Shown here: positions 29,475 through 40,286 of the stretch, piece after piece
How positions within the stretch are numbered: the stretch's first letter is position 1
Layout: each line of letters starts with the position of its first letter
Source of the DNA: a bacterium
GTDB lineage: Bacteria > UBA10199 > 2-02-FULL-44-16 > JAAZCA01
Direction of reading: 5' to 3'
Length of the DNA: 64,000 nucleotides
NCBI GenBank assembly: GCA_963674695.2
Contig: CAXXGI010000002.1
Coordinates: 640,001 to 704,000, forward strand
The notes under the pieces: generated by a model
What the model was told of the DNA's origin: nothing
Database searches by the model: none
Seen by the model: the letters and a program-made list of their open reading frames with translations, nothing else
Translations under genes and position numbers: made by a program

Positions 29475-29663
29475 GTCATTCCCGCGAAAGCGGGAATTTC
29501 GATTTTTTGGCACGTCGAGATTCCCGCTTTCGCGGGAATGACACCCCCAGGATTGTCACCCCTGGGTTTGTCATCCCCGTGAAAACGGGGATCTCGATCT
29601 GCTCTAACAAGCGAGATTCCCCCGCCACACAACCGGCGGGCAGGCCGCGTTCGCGGGGATGAC
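29475..29663. repeat. Two REP-like palindromes
   Basis: GTCATTCCCGCGAAAGCGGGAAT...GGGAATGAC and GTCATCCCCGTGAAAACGGGGATCT...GGGGATGAC. Confidence 0.8.
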
Positions 29664-29789
29664 TGCTTGCATATGTACTCTTTCTCTCCTGACGACACGC
29701 CTACATTGTACTTGGAGAATGGGCATTTCTTCTGTTAGGAACTCCTCTTCATTATACGCCGCAATCGATTGGCGCGATGAGGGGTGTTC

Positions 29790-32700
29790 ATGGGAATCGA
29801 AGGGCCAAATGGAAAAGGGCCGGGTGACGCGTCGCCGTCGGTGTATGCCGATGACGATCGTGCGCGCGATCTTCCCGAATCCACCGATGCGAACGCTTCC
29901 GATGCATCGGTGGATAGTTATGCACGCGCTGAACCCACCGATGCGCATCTGATCGCTTCATCATCATCCGATGGAAACAATCCCCTCATCGCTCGGGAAG
30001 CTGTACCGCAAAAATGGACGCGCGATGAGACCGAGGCCAAGATCGTCGCAGAGATGAATGCGCTCGGATATACGCGTGCCGGCGAGATCGGCCGAAGCGC
30101 CTATCGTGAACTTGAGGTGCGCTTCAAGGCAGACAGAGAGGGAAAGAAGAAGGTCACCGGCATCGTTCTGCAGGCATGCGTGCGCGTGGCCTATCGCGAG
30201 GTGCATGGTCAAGCGGCCGGGGCGAAGGCGGGGGTCGTCGTCGACGTTGCCAAGCGGCTGCTGGTCTTCCTGACGAAACACCGTTCGCATCTCGATATCC
30301 CCGATGATCGGTTCCCCGTAAAGCGCGGCCGAAAAAAAGGATCGAAGGGTGTGGATGGAAGCGCTTCGACGACGGCGCGTACCCTCTTCGGCGCGGTGAT
30401 CGATTCTTCGGTCGTGGCGCAGAAAGCGGTCGATGCGCACGATGAGCGCATTGCGATCGAGGCCGAGGCCGTGGTGCTGGAAGGGTCCGTCGCCGAGCGG
30501 GTCTCGTATTATCTCGCGCAGGTGGCGATACTCGAAGGTCGTCTCCGTCTCTTCGATGATGAATCCGATTCGTTATCGGTGGAACAGGTCGTCGAAATCC
30601 TGGAGGCGCGCGAATCCCGTGATCTGGCGCGAGCATGGACGAACGTGCGCGAGACCTCGCGCCTGTTGGCGCAGGCCCGTGTGCGCATCGATGCCTTCAG
30701 CGCCGGCGTGACCGAAACGGCGGTTCAGGGGGTCGTCGATCGTCTTCAGCCGGAGATCGATGCTTGGCTTTCCAATCCTGAGCGACGCGAACATCGCAGC
30801 CCCCTCCTCGAGGTGGTGACGCTCTATGTGCGTCTGTGGCTCACCGAACAGGGGGGCAATGTTCCGGAGCGTCTTGGCGCTTCACCCGAGGTGCTCTCAC
30901 GGGCGGCCGAGCTGACCGCACAGGGATTTGGGAATGCGAGTCAGCGAAAAACATTCATCCCGCTCGCCGAGCAGTTCATCGATCACCTCGTGCGCTCATC
31001 GCGGGAAGGACAGATGGCGAGCGCGGCCGGCACGCTCTTTGACCAGCATGCGACGGCTTCGGTCGATGCGAATGTATCGAGGAGGGAGCGCGTCGGTCCC
31101 GCCACCCCCGCTGCGCGGTTGCACGCGCTCTTGGGGGGGGATTTGCATGGGCGCTATCAATTTTTCTTCGACGGCCTTCGGCAGGGAGTCCATTCGCTCC
31201 TGCAGGGCGATCCTGCAATCGATCGTGATATGACCGCGGCCGGGGTGTCGATGCTTCTGTCTGGCTATGTCAAAGCGCTTGCGAAGGCGCGGCCCGATGA
31301 GCCGGTCGCAGAACAGATCAAGACATACGGCGTCGAGATCGACCGGCTTCAGGAGGTGATCGATCGCCACCGCACGTTCTATTCCTATTCAAAACTGCAG
31401 ATCGATCTCTTCTCCGCCTTCATCGAACAGGGACGCGGTGCGAAGCAGGAGACGACGATCGAGGTCAAGCCCGCGACGAATGTGGATGAGCCGCGCGGCG
31501 ATTCGGTCGACTTCGTGCCAATTGCGCGCCCCGGCGTCGAGGGGATCCTCGAAGGGCTCGAATCGATTGGCGCCGACGTCGGTCCCGAGGTGCGCGCACG
31601 TCTCTACGCTTCGGCGCCGAAGTGGGGGCAGTTGAGCCCGCCGAGCCGCGTGACGGCACAGAACTGGCAGACGATCGTCGAGGTGGCCATTCCAAACGTG
31701 TGGGAGGATCTCGTCACCATCGCGCGCGAGGAGGGGACGCTCGCCGATCTTCTCATCGCGTTTCCTCCATCCGGTTCTCTGAATCGGCACTGGGCCGAAC
31801 GCGTTTCCGAGGCGCGTCGGAAGGGAGGGCTCGATGCGCTGTCCAAAAAGGCGTATACAAAGAACCCCTTCCCGGAAGGTCACCTCGCGGCGATCCTGAA
31901 ACGGTATCGGCCGGAGGGAATCACCGAGGCGGGTTGGGCGCGTGCAATCGCCGAGGCCGCCGGAGAGCAGGGGGGGCTCGAACGTCTGGCGCTTCGCCAT
32001 CCGCCGATCGATGAACCGCTCGACGAAAATGATGCGCGCCTCTTTGTTGCCATCTGTATCGCGCGCGGTCAGGAGGAACTGGTCATCTTCGAGCCGTCGC
32101 GCGAGAAGGCCTATGCGGCGATCGTGCCGACCTTTCGCGAATTGGATCGCATCGCCCGTGCTCACGGCCATCGCCTCGATCCGGTCGAGTTCATCATGGC
32201 CTTCTGCCCTGCGCTCCGTCGTCTCGCGAATGAGGCCGATGGAAACGAGCTGACGCTTCTGGCTCCCCCCTACATGGAGGGGGTGAGCTTCGGCGTGTGG
32301 GGCTATCCCACCTTCGCGGCAATCTTCTCGGGGCTCGCAAAATCCGGGCGCATTCAGTCCGAGGTGAACTATGGCACGCGCCGCAACCATGTGGTGGGCA
32401 AGAGCTTCCATCCGACCTACCCGATTCTGCAACAATACAGTCGTTCGATCGCCGATGCCGTCGGCGGTGATCTCGACAAGAAACGCGCCTACTATCATTT
32501 CGCGGCGTCGTTTCTGCGCTGGGATTTCGTCTTCGATGCGCTGGTTCCCGATCTCGTCGACGAGGCGGGCGGGCGTATCAGTCTCGCCGATACGCGGATC
32601 CCCAGTCGCTGGCGTGTTCGGATGGAGGTCGATTCCGATTCGATCACCGGATCGGTCGAGCCGCGCATCAGCGGTGCGCGCAGTCGCCTGTTGTTCGCCG

Positions 32701-35700
32701 TGAAGTCGGGCACCTACACACGCATGTTGGCGCTGCTCTCGGGTCATCTCCAAAATCTCGATGCGTTTCCCGTGTCGATCGAATTGACCGATCTGCAGGG
32801 GCGTGCGGTGGATCTTCATCAGCTGCGTGCGCGTGTGGAAGGGATGATGCAAGGTGACGCCTGGTATCGCGACGATCTGAGCGGCGAGAAGTTTTTCTCC
32901 ACCAGTTCCCGCCGCCCGGCGGATCTGTCGCAGATGCAGGCATTCTATAAGGGGGTGCGTGCATTTGCAGAGGAGGTGCTCTTCTTTACCCACGCGCGCG
33001 GGAGCTGGCCTCTGCGCGACGGGGGGGTCGCGTTTGAAATCGCGCCGCGCCTGGCTGGACGAAATCTGGAGACAGCGATCGCTGGACGCGTTTCGCTTGT
33101 AATCGACGATATCTTTGAAGAGGCTCGGCGCGAATCATGGGATGATCTGCGGTTCAATGCGGCGATCGCCGCGCGCGCGACGCTTCAGCGCCTGCGCCTT
33201 GAGGGAACGATCGATGCGGATGCCGCGATCGATTCCGATGAGGTGCGCGAGGCGGCGCGCGCCCGATGGGCGATGAGCGAGGCATATCTGGATCAAGCGC
33301 TCATCGATCTGGCCATGCTGGCCGAGCATCTGCCGCAGGTTCGTGTGACCGATACGGCCGGACGGGTCTTCTCGCGCGCGCATCGTGAGCGCAGCGCTGG
33401 GTTTGCCGAGCCGGCCCTTCCCCTGCGTCGATCGCTTCCGCCCTGGCGCGAGCGCTTCGCGGACACTGCCGCTGTTTATGAGCTGCAGGTCGATGAGCAG
33501 GAGGCGGCTGTCGAGGCGATGGCTGAATACATCGAGACCTTTCGCGGCCTCTATGCGCGCTATTGGGGCGAGGGTTTGCGTGAGATGGTTTGGCGAAGGC
33601 TGCCCGAGACCGATGGGGATCGCATCGACCGCGTGCTCGAAGCGATCGTCGATTTCTTCGCCGCCATTGGTATCGCCTCCGATGCGTCGCGTTCGCGCCC
33701 CTCGAAGCGATCTGACAACGACCGTCTGACGTCAGAGGCGCTGGCGCAGGAGGTCTGTGCCCTCTATGTCGATCGCTTTCCCCAGGAGCGCGATGTCGAT
33801 TCCGGCGTGCCGCTCTTCGAGGGACTTCTCGGGACGATTGTTTCGGCGGTCTTCGCCCAGCATCGCGGTCGGATGCAGCATATGTCGCGTCCCCCTCGGT
33901 CGCTGCGCGTCTTCGAAATGGCGCGCGCGATGGTGCGCGATCACAATCGCCTCTGCGCCAGCACGCCGCCCTTTATCATGCGACATCCGCCGTCGATTGC
34001 GTCAGGTGGGTTGGCCGATCGTCGCCTGACGGCCTTCGTGCGGGAATGGGAGCGGGGGCATCCCGAGGTGCCGGTGAGCGAGCCTGATCTGCTTCGCCGC
34101 GTGGTCGATGCGCGCGCGGGAGGAACGGCTGAAGCGGAAACGATCGTCTCCTCTTTTCTGCGGCGCGAGCGCGAGGATCTGCAACGATGGGAGGGGATGA
34201 TCACCGATTCCCGCGATGGCGTCGCTGCCTTTGTGAAACGTACCTATCGCGCGCCGCTGGTGGAGGGGCGAAGGCTCGAGACGATCGCGCGAATCTATGT
34301 GCGATCCCGCATGCTCTCGGGCGATGCCACGGATCTGATGGAGATCACCCGTGAAGTGGTTGCGCCGGATTTTGCACCGTTTACCGAGATGATCGAGCAG
34401 ATGGCGATCGTGCATGCCAACTTGATTGATCTCTGGTTGCAGGCCGTCAAAGGCAATCTCGAAGAGAGCTTGAGTGATGCGCACGAGGCGCTCAGCCTCA
34501 AGGAGGAGGAGCTCAGGGAGATTGCGCTCAGAAAAGAAGAGGTCGTTGCCCTGCCGGATGATGGAAGGGCGCTGCTGGAGGAAGCGGCGGTGCTCGCCGA
34601 CACCTCGAGCGAAGCCCTGCTGGAAGTGCAGCGCCGCGTTTTTCTGGTTGGCGCGATTCTGGGTGAGAGTCCGATGCGTGCCGATCTGCGCACGCGAGCG
34701 GGGCGCATTTTCGAGGAGCATATCGGTTCGGCACGAAAGAGTCAGGGAAAACAGGTCGAGCGCGAACAGGAGACATTCGACGATATCTCTCGTCGGGTTC
34801 GGGAGATGGTGGTGCAAGCGCACCTTCTCAATTGGCGGTCTGCGCGCATGGTCGCCGATGCAGATATGAAGCTGCAGGGGGATGACGCGACCCTCGTTCG
34901 GGTGCAGCGTTTGGTCCGTGATTTTAGCGACCAGGCGCTGCAATCGAGTACGGTGACCGATCAGGTGAACGCGACCGTCGCGCGTCTCGTCAGCGCTGGA
35001 GTTGCTGTCGATTCCAAACTCATCAATAGCATTCGTGCTGATCTGGATATGGTTCTCGACATGGTCGACGAGATGGCCGCGGTGGTTGAGGTGGCGCGCA
35101 GCGATCACAAAAAGCGCAAGAATACATTCCTGCGCGAGCGTACGCGTCTCGCAGGGGAGAATGCGGCACGCTTTCTCATCGCTCAGGCCGGTGCCTGGAA
35201 CGATGCCCTCAATGCACTCCAACGGCGTGCGGGCGAGCATCTTGCCAAGCGCATCGACGCGCATGCAACGGCGAGCGAGCAGACTGTTGCACGGTTTTCG
35301 GATTCACCAACGATGGATGTCTCCTCGGAGATGCAGGCGTTCGAAACAGAGGCGACCGCGATCCGACAGGAGATCGCTGCGATCGAAGCGGCAAAGCAGG
35401 AACTTCATCGGGAAGGGCACATTCACGCTCTTCTGGACGATGAAGGAGCGGTGGTGCTTCTGCCTCGCCCTGAGATCGAACGACGCGTGCGAGCGTTGAT
35501 GGGGGATCATGCGCTTTCCGCTGAGCAGCGTCAGGAGATTGAAGCGGCGATCTCCCTCCTGCGCCAGAGCACCGCTGTCATTGAGGCGTTGGACGGTCGG
35601 CTCAAAGAGGAGGGTGATCGCCTCAATCGTGTGGAGCGCGGCCGACGTGAAGGGCTCGAACAGGTCGAGGCGGTGCTGCCGTTTGGAGCGGCCAAGGGCC

Positions 35701-38492
35701 TGCCTCCTCCGGGAGCCCTCGAGAAGAAAACGGCTGATTCCCTCTTTCGGGTGAGAGTGAGCAATAATCGTCGCTACGATCTGCAGGCGCAGAACATCCT
35801 GAATCGGCTGGTCTCGGCGCGGGTGCTCGCTGTTGGTGGTTCCAGCCGGCTTCTCGATATGAAGGATGCCGGGATGGTGCGGACGTGGAAGAAGGAGGGG
35901 CGGAAGAAACGCTGTAAGCTCCAGGATGTTTTTGGAAATGCGTTTCACCTCTCGCCAGGGGAGTTCGGTGTTCGCCTCGGAACCTATGATGATCTTCCCG
36001 ATGGTCATGGTTTTCGCCGATTGCGTTCTGCGCTCACCATCCTCACCGACGAGAGTACGAACGGCGCAGAGCTGCTGCTGCGGCTCGAGCGAAAGGCGTC
36101 GAAATGCAAGGGGCGTGCGCGTGATCTACGAAACGGTCTCTTCGCGTTGTTGGCACAGGAGAGTGATCGGAACCCGAGCGAACGATTGGCGCGATGGGCG
36201 GATGCCAATCGCGCGGCGCTTGTGAGCCTCATCGGCATGGCGGCCAAGGGATGGTTCCCCATGCAGAAAGTGAAGCCATCGAAACCGACGGACATCCTCG
36301 TTCAAAAACGAAACGAGATCGCCGGCATGCTGCGTTACCCTGGATTCTGTATGATTCAGAACAAAGGAGGAGGGAAGCTCTTCACCGATCATGCGCGCGC
36401 GCAGAAGGCGCTGGACGACTATGCGGGGGGATCGTTTGAGATCCCCATCCTCGATGAACGCGAAAAGAGCGGCTGGCGCAGGGCTGATCTCGGCGTTGCC
36501 TTCCAGGAGGAGCTGCGTTCCAGCAAGATTTGGGTCGATCCGCCGCTGGTGCGGGACATCGAGCGATTGGCGACGCTGCGGATGCGCTGGATGCTCGTTT
36601 CCGATCCGCGCTATGCGGAATTGGGGCGCATCAGCTTCGGGCAGGGGGACAACCATATCCGGTCGTTTTTGGAGAATCTCCTCCTGCCGCTGGGTTTTGT
36701 TCTTCCCGATCGACCGCTGGTGAATCGATTGTTGCAGGATCCAATTCAACTGACGCGGCTTGCTTGTAGCCTCGTTGAGAATGATTCGATTCTCCTGTCG
36801 ATCGAGCGCTCGCGCCTTTCGCCGGAGCGCATCCTCCAGTCGTTGGATCAGTCGAGCGATGCGGAGATGCCGCGGGTGCGACCGGAGAAGCGTTCGCAGC
36901 TGATCGATGCGCTGCACGAGGACGAGAACTATCGACGAAATATCTCCGCCCTCGTCTTTCTGAGTCGGTTGGTCTCTCCCTCGGTCGTCACAGCGTATGA
37001 GCCGCAGATTCAAAAAAATGCGAACGACGTCGGTCGGTCCGCCCGTGAGGCGGTCAAGAGGTGGGTGCTCGCGGTCAATCAGGGCGTCAATGCGCAGCAG
37101 GTCTTGAGCGGTCTGATGAAGAATGTGCAGATGGAGGCGGCATATCAGACCTGGCGCCATATTCTCATCGATACCGGTGTGATCGCCGATCTTTTGCCCG
37201 AATACGCTCGGCCGGAGATGAGCGTTGAGTACGCTGAGTTTGATCCGCTTCTTGCGGAGAAATTTCCAGAGCTCAAGCAGGTCAGCATGGCGGCGATCAT
37301 CGAGAAGGCCTCGCTCTTTGAAGGGCGGGATGGGGCCAAGCCCTGGACTCCGGTGATCGGCCGCCTCTTCGATCGCTATCCGCATCTGCGCGACCTGCTC
37401 ACGGTCATCGCGCACCTCGATCACAAGGGCATGTCGGGTGCGTTCCGCAAGGACTGGGCGGCGATCGATAGATTGGTGCGCATGGAGCAGAGTGTTTCAG
37501 ATGTGGATCAGGGTGGGGATGTTGTCAAGCACACGACACAACAAATCGAAGAGCGATTGCGCACCTGCGATGGGCTTCTCCCCCTCTATGCGGTTCATCG
37601 CGATGAGATTCTAGAGGAACTCTTTCGAAAGCGCGCGTCAGGATTCACGGGTTGGCGCGAGTTGACCGGATTCGACCGACCCTGGCTCGAAGGCGAGAAA
37701 CTCTGGCAGAACTTTACGCCGATGGAGCGCCTGGCCTTTCGTGCACCGGAGTATGTCGTCAACACGCCGGAACAGGCCCGCCAATTCATCGATGTCTTCG
37801 GCGAGATGGAAGTTCAGCAGTTTGCGGGGATGACGGACGGGGAGTGGGTTGCATCCTTCGTCTCCGATGTACTCATTATCGGTGACATTTATCCGGAGTT
37901 GAACCCGGCCATGGCGCTGCTTTTTTCAGCCTGCACCGACTCCCTGAAGGCAGCTGAGTGTATCGCCGTGATGAAGCGATTCTTTTCCGGGAGGATCGAT
38001 CCCAAGGCGCCGGATTTTCTCGATCGCTTCGTTGAATTCGTGACCGAACCGGAGCTGCTCGGACTGGTGCGGGAGGCGCTTTCGGGACCGTCGCTCGATG
38101 AGGACAGCGACCGCACGCTCGCCATGGAGGTGACGCACTCCGACGCTCCTTGGCTGCCTTCCGTCGAGGGGGAAACATTCAAGGCGCCGTACAAGGCGAA
38201 AAAGGGTTCGGGCGGAAACGAAAACGGCGGTGGTGCCGCTCCGAGTGCTGCGGGCGGGGGAACGCCTCCCGCGCCGACGACGCCAGGCGGCACGTCGTTC
38301 AGCTCTGCCGCTGCGTTTGCCGCACATGAAGCGCAGGCGCTCGTCGTCGAGTCGGGCATGGAGATGATCGAGACGGGCGGCCTCGAAGGGCTCATCGATC
38401 CCTTCGATCCCACGATGATGGGGGCGGAGACCTTCGTCGAGTCGATGCCGACGATGATGATGCCGATCGTTTCGATGGCGGGGGTGTTGTAG
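29790..38492 (+). CDS. Giant (about 2900 aa) hypothetical protein, helical/coiled-coil rich
   Basis: Uninterrupted 8.7-kb ORF with a GAGGGG SD; no domain recognised by eye; Gly/Pro/Met-rich C-terminus. Confidence 0.85.
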   Translation: MGIEGPNGKGPGDASPSVYADDDRARDLPESTDANASDASVDSYARAEPTDAHLIASSSSDGNNPLIAREAVPQKWTRDETEAKIVAEMNALGYTRAGEIGRSAYRELEVRFKADREGKKKVTGIVLQACVRVAYREVHGQAAGAKAGVVVDVAKRLLVFLTKHRSHLDIPDDRFPVKRGRKKGSKGVDGSASTTARTLFGAVIDSSVVAQKAVDAHDERIAIEAEAVVLEGSVAERVSYYLAQVAILEGRLRLFDDESDSLSVEQVVEILEARESRDLARAWTNVRETSRLLAQARVRIDAFSAGVTETAVQGVVDRLQPEIDAWLSNPERREHRSPLLEVVTLYVRLWLTEQGGNVPERLGASPEVLSRAAELTAQGFGNASQRKTFIPLAEQFIDHLVRSSREGQMASAAGTLFDQHATASVDANVSRRERVGPATPAARLHALLGGDLHGRYQFFFDGLRQGVHSLLQGDPAIDRDMTAAGVSMLLSGYVKALAKARPDEPVAEQIKTYGVEIDRLQEVIDRHRTFYSYSKLQIDLFSAFIEQGRGAKQETTIEVKPATNVDEPRGDSVDFVPIARPGVEGILEGLESIGADVGPEVRARLYASAPKWGQLSPPSRVTAQNWQTIVEVAIPNVWEDLVTIAREEGTLADLLIAFPPSGSLNRHWAERVSEARRKGGLDALSKKAYTKNPFPEGHLAAILKRYRPEGITEAGWARAIAEAAGEQGGLERLALRHPPIDEPLDENDARLFVAICIARGQEELVIFEPSREKAYAAIVPTFRELDRIARAHGHRLDPVEFIMAFCPALRRLANEADGNELTLLAPPYMEGVSFGVWGYPTFAAIFSGLAKSGRIQSEVNYGTRRNHVVGKSFHPTYPILQQYSRSIADAVGGDLDKKRAYYHFAASFLRWDFVFDALVPDLVDEAGGRISLADTRIPSRWRVRMEVDSDSITGSVEPRISGARSRLLFAVKSGTYTRMLALLSGHLQNLDAFPVSIELTDLQGRAVDLHQLRARVEGMMQGDAWYRDDLSGEKFFSTSSRRPADLSQMQAFYKGVRAFAEEVLFFTHARGSWPLRDGGVAFEIAPRLAGRNLETAIAGRVSLVIDDIFEEARRESWDDLRFNAAIAARATLQRLRLEGTIDADAAIDSDEVREAARARWAMSEAYLDQALIDLAMLAEHLPQVRVTDTAGRVFSRAHRERSAGFAEPALPLRRSLPPWRERFADTAAVYELQVDEQEAAVEAMAEYIETFRGLYARYWGEGLREMVWRRLPETDGDRIDRVLEAIVDFFAAIGIASDASRSRPSKRSDNDRLTSEALAQEVCALYVDRFPQERDVDSGVPLFEGLLGTIVSAVFAQHRGRMQHMSRPPRSLRVFEMARAMVRDHNRLCASTPPFIMRHPPSIASGGLADRRLTAFVREWERGHPEVPVSEPDLLRRVVDARAGGTAEAETIVSSFLRREREDLQRWEGMITDSRDGVAAFVKRTYRAPLVEGRRLETIARIYVRSRMLSGDATDLMEITREVVAPDFAPFTEMIEQMAIVHANLIDLWLQAVKGNLEESLSDAHEALSLKEEELREIALRKEEVVALPDDGRALLEEAAVLADTSSEALLEVQRRVFLVGAILGESPMRADLRTRAGRIFEEHIGSARKSQGKQVEREQETFDDISRRVREMVVQAHLLNWRSARMVADADMKLQGDDATLVRVQRLVRDFSDQALQSSTVTDQVNATVARLVSAGVAVDSKLINSIRADLDMVLDMVDEMAAVVEVARSDHKKRKNTFLRERTRLAGENAARFLIAQAGAWNDALNALQRRAGEHLAKRIDAHATASEQTVARFSDSPTMDVSSEMQAFETEATAIRQEIAAIEAAKQELHREGHIHALLDDEGAVVLLPRPEIERRVRALMGDHALSAEQRQEIEAAISLLRQSTAVIEALDGRLKEEGDRLNRVERGRREGLEQVEAVLPFGAAKGLPPPGALEKKTADSLFRVRVSNNRRYDLQAQNILNRLVSARVLAVGGSSRLLDMKDAGMVRTWKKEGRKKRCKLQDVFGNAFHLSPGEFGVRLGTYDDLPDGHGFRRLRSALTILTDESTNGAELLLRLERKASKCKGRARDLRNGLFALLAQESDRNPSERLARWADANRAALVSLIGMAAKGWFPMQKVKPSKPTDILVQKRNEIAGMLRYPGFCMIQNKGGGKLFTDHARAQKALDDYAGGSFEIPILDEREKSGWRRADLGVAFQEELRSSKIWVDPPLVRDIERLATLRMRWMLVSDPRYAELGRISFGQGDNHIRSFLENLLLPLGFVLPDRPLVNRLLQDPIQLTRLACSLVENDSILLSIERSRLSPERILQSLDQSSDAEMPRVRPEKRSQLIDALHEDENYRRNISALVFLSRLVSPSVVTAYEPQIQKNANDVGRSAREAVKRWVLAVNQGVNAQQVLSGLMKNVQMEAAYQTWRHILIDTGVIADLLPEYARPEMSVEYAEFDPLLAEKFPELKQVSMAAIIEKASLFEGRDGAKPWTPVIGRLFDRYPHLRDLLTVIAHLDHKGMSGAFRKDWAAIDRLVRMEQSVSDVDQGGDVVKHTTQQIEERLRTCDGLLPLYAVHRDEILEELFRKRASGFTGWRELTGFDRPWLEGEKLWQNFTPMERLAFRAPEYVVNTPEQARQFIDVFGEMEVQQFAGMTDGEWVASFVSDVLIIGDIYPELNPAMALLFSACTDSLKAAECIAVMKRFFSGRIDPKAPDFLDRFVEFVTEPELLGLVREALSGPSLDEDSDRTLAMEVTHSDAPWLPSVEGETFKAPYKAKKGSGGNENGGGAAPSAAGGGTPPAPTTPGGTSFSSAAAFAAHEAQALVVESGMEMIETGGLEGLIDPFDPTMMGAETFVESMPTMMMPIVSMAGVL

Positions 38493-38495
38493 CGG

Positions 38496-39176
38496 TCAGA
38501 ATGTTTTGAAGAGAAACGCATCGATGGCGTCGTCCAGATGGAGTGCAAAGTCTCGAAGTGTCTCGCCGATGGTCTCCCGATAGAGAAAGCAGCGGCTCGC
38601 CTCCGGCGAGAGCGTGCAGCCCTGCTCGAAGATCGTCTCCATGGTCGTGAAGGAGAAGTGGATATTGTCCGCACCTGGCGTGCCGTCGCGCAGGCGATCG
38701 CGGTTGTCGAGAAAGAGTTCGACGCCGGTGACGGCCGGGAAGACCTCTTCGAGCAGCTCCATCGGATCCTGCAGACAGATTCCGCTCGCCATCGCAATCT
38801 GAACGCTGTCGGCCATATAGCCGCAGCCGTCGTCTTCGATCTCCTCCATCGCCATCACGAACGCCTCGCCGCGAAAGAACCCCTGGATGAGGACGCGATG
38901 CGAGCCGCTGCAATGTTCGCTGGGCATCATGCAGGCGGTGGTTCCGGTGACGATGGTGCCGCGCGAGTCGGTCGCTTCGGGGACGAATCGATCCGCCGCG
39001 CCTTCCATCAACGGATGCACCTGCGGGATCGCATACTCCGGGGTGAGGCTCTTCACAAACGAGATGACGTGCACCAGATCCGTCTGGTGCTCATTATATT
39101 GGACGTACCCCTCATAGGGGGCGCCGTGGGCTTGAAAGGTGGGCGGCAGGATACCGAAGTTGTGGACATTGGCCAT
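38496..39176 (-). CDS. Hypothetical protein
   Basis: GGAGG SD, acidic 226-aa ORF, sigma28-like promoter upstream. Confidence 0.7.
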   Translation of the reverse strand: MANVHNFGILPPTFQAHGAPYEGYVQYNEHQTDLVHVISFVKSLTPEYAIPQVHPLMEGAADRFVPEATDSRGTIVTGTTACMMPSEHCSGSHRVLIQGFFRGEAFVMAMEEIEDDGCGYMADSVQIAMASGICLQDPMELLEEVFPAVTGVELFLDNRDRLRDGTPGADNIHFSFTTMETIFEQGCTLSPEASRCFLYRETIGETLRDFALHLDDAIDAFLFKTF

Positions 39177-39194
39177 GAAGTGCCTCCATCCTCA

Positions 39195-39220
39195 TTATCG
39201 GCCGAATGGAGGAAAAGTTG
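39195..39220 (-). promoter_or_regulatory. FliA/sigma28-like promoter
   Basis: Minus strand CAACTTTT-N10-GCCGATAA. Confidence 0.6.
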
Positions 39221-39371
39221 TGTCGAGATTGATGACGAACCCGTTTCTTTGTCATCCCCGTGAAAACGGGGATCACGGTGTTCAGTGATTATCGGTATCA
39301 CCTGCGGGCGGAGTGAAAAAACACAATAAAATCATAGAGTTTTCTTGTTACCACAATATGGACCTGACACG

Positions 39372-39399
39372 CAACTTTAGGGGCCGGGCCTGCCGATAA
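39372..39399 (+). promoter_or_regulatory. FliA/sigma28-like promoter
   Basis: CAACTTTA-N12-GCCGATAA. Confidence 0.55.
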
Positions 39400-39438
39400 T
39401 AGAGATGAGGACGATATCCCCTCAGCAGGAGGATTGCT

Positions 39439-40014
39439 ATGACCGCGACCGCAGAGATCAAACCGGCCCCCGTGATGAACGATTTCGGATTGGGAGATCC
39501 GACGACCCTCAGTATCACTCCGACCTCTAAGGATGAGGATGGGAAGAAGAAATCGGTGCCAGTATCACTGGCGATGATGCAGGGCTTCGCTTTGAATGCC
39601 AATAGGAATGCAACAGCGCGCTATTCGATCGGAAATACGGGGTTGGCCGCGCCTACACTTGGAAGTGGCCCGAAAAATCAGACCGCGGCCGCGGCCAAAT
39701 CTGGCTCGAAGACGAGTGCGAAGGCCAGCAGTGGGAAGGAGACCAAGGTCGATTCACTGCGTTCCCAGCTCAAGAGCCTGGGCGTCGATGTCGAGGACTA
39801 CGACTTCAAGGAACTCTCCGAGGCCGAAGCCAGTCGCCTCCTCAAGGAGTTCAAGGGAGTCGAGGGCAAGGACGCCAAGAAGCAGATTGCGGCGAGGATC
39901 GAAGGGGACCTGCCCGAGAAGAAGGCGAAGAAGAAGGAAGGGGAGACGAAGACTGCTGAGGCGAAGGCCTCGAAAGAGCCCGACCCAGAAAAAGAGAAGA
40001 CCGACGAAACATAA
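39439..40014 (+). CDS. Hypothetical Lys/Glu-rich protein
   Basis: AGGAGG SD, biased codon usage, followed by a terminator. Confidence 0.75.
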   Translation: MTATAEIKPAPVMNDFGLGDPTTLSITPTSKDEDGKKKSVPVSLAMMQGFALNANRNATARYSIGNTGLAAPTLGSGPKNQTAAAAKSGSKTSAKASSGKETKVDSLRSQLKSLGVDVEDYDFKELSEAEASRLLKEFKGVEGKDAKKQIAARIEGDLPEKKAKKKEGETKTAEAKASKEPDPEKEKTDET

Positions 40015-40037
40015 ACAAGCACACCTCACATATCAAT

Positions 40038-40068
40038 GAAGGCGCTGCTCTTTGCAGCGCTTTTTTTG
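40038..40068 (+). terminator. Rho-independent terminator
   Basis: GGCGCTGC-tcttt-GCAGCGCT followed by a T run. Confidence 0.75.
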
Positions 40069-40227
40069 TGAACAGCGTTCCAATGATGTCATTCCGACTA
40101 AGCGAATGAAATAAGCGCATGGAGGAATCTGCTGTATATCGTGAGATCCCTCCACGCGTTCGCGTTGCTCGCTTGGTCGGGATGACAACGGCAGGATTTC
40201 TCATCAGCTTAAGGTCCTGTCACCACA

Positions 40228-40265
40228 CAAAAAAAACGGGGACCGCCGAGAGGCAGTCCCCGTTT
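40228..40265 (-). terminator. Rho-independent terminator
   Basis: A-run then CGGGGAC.GCC..GGCAGTCCCCG hairpin downstream of 40287-40736. Confidence 0.75.
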
Positions 40266-40286
40266 CCATCATGTTGTCTCGTCTTC

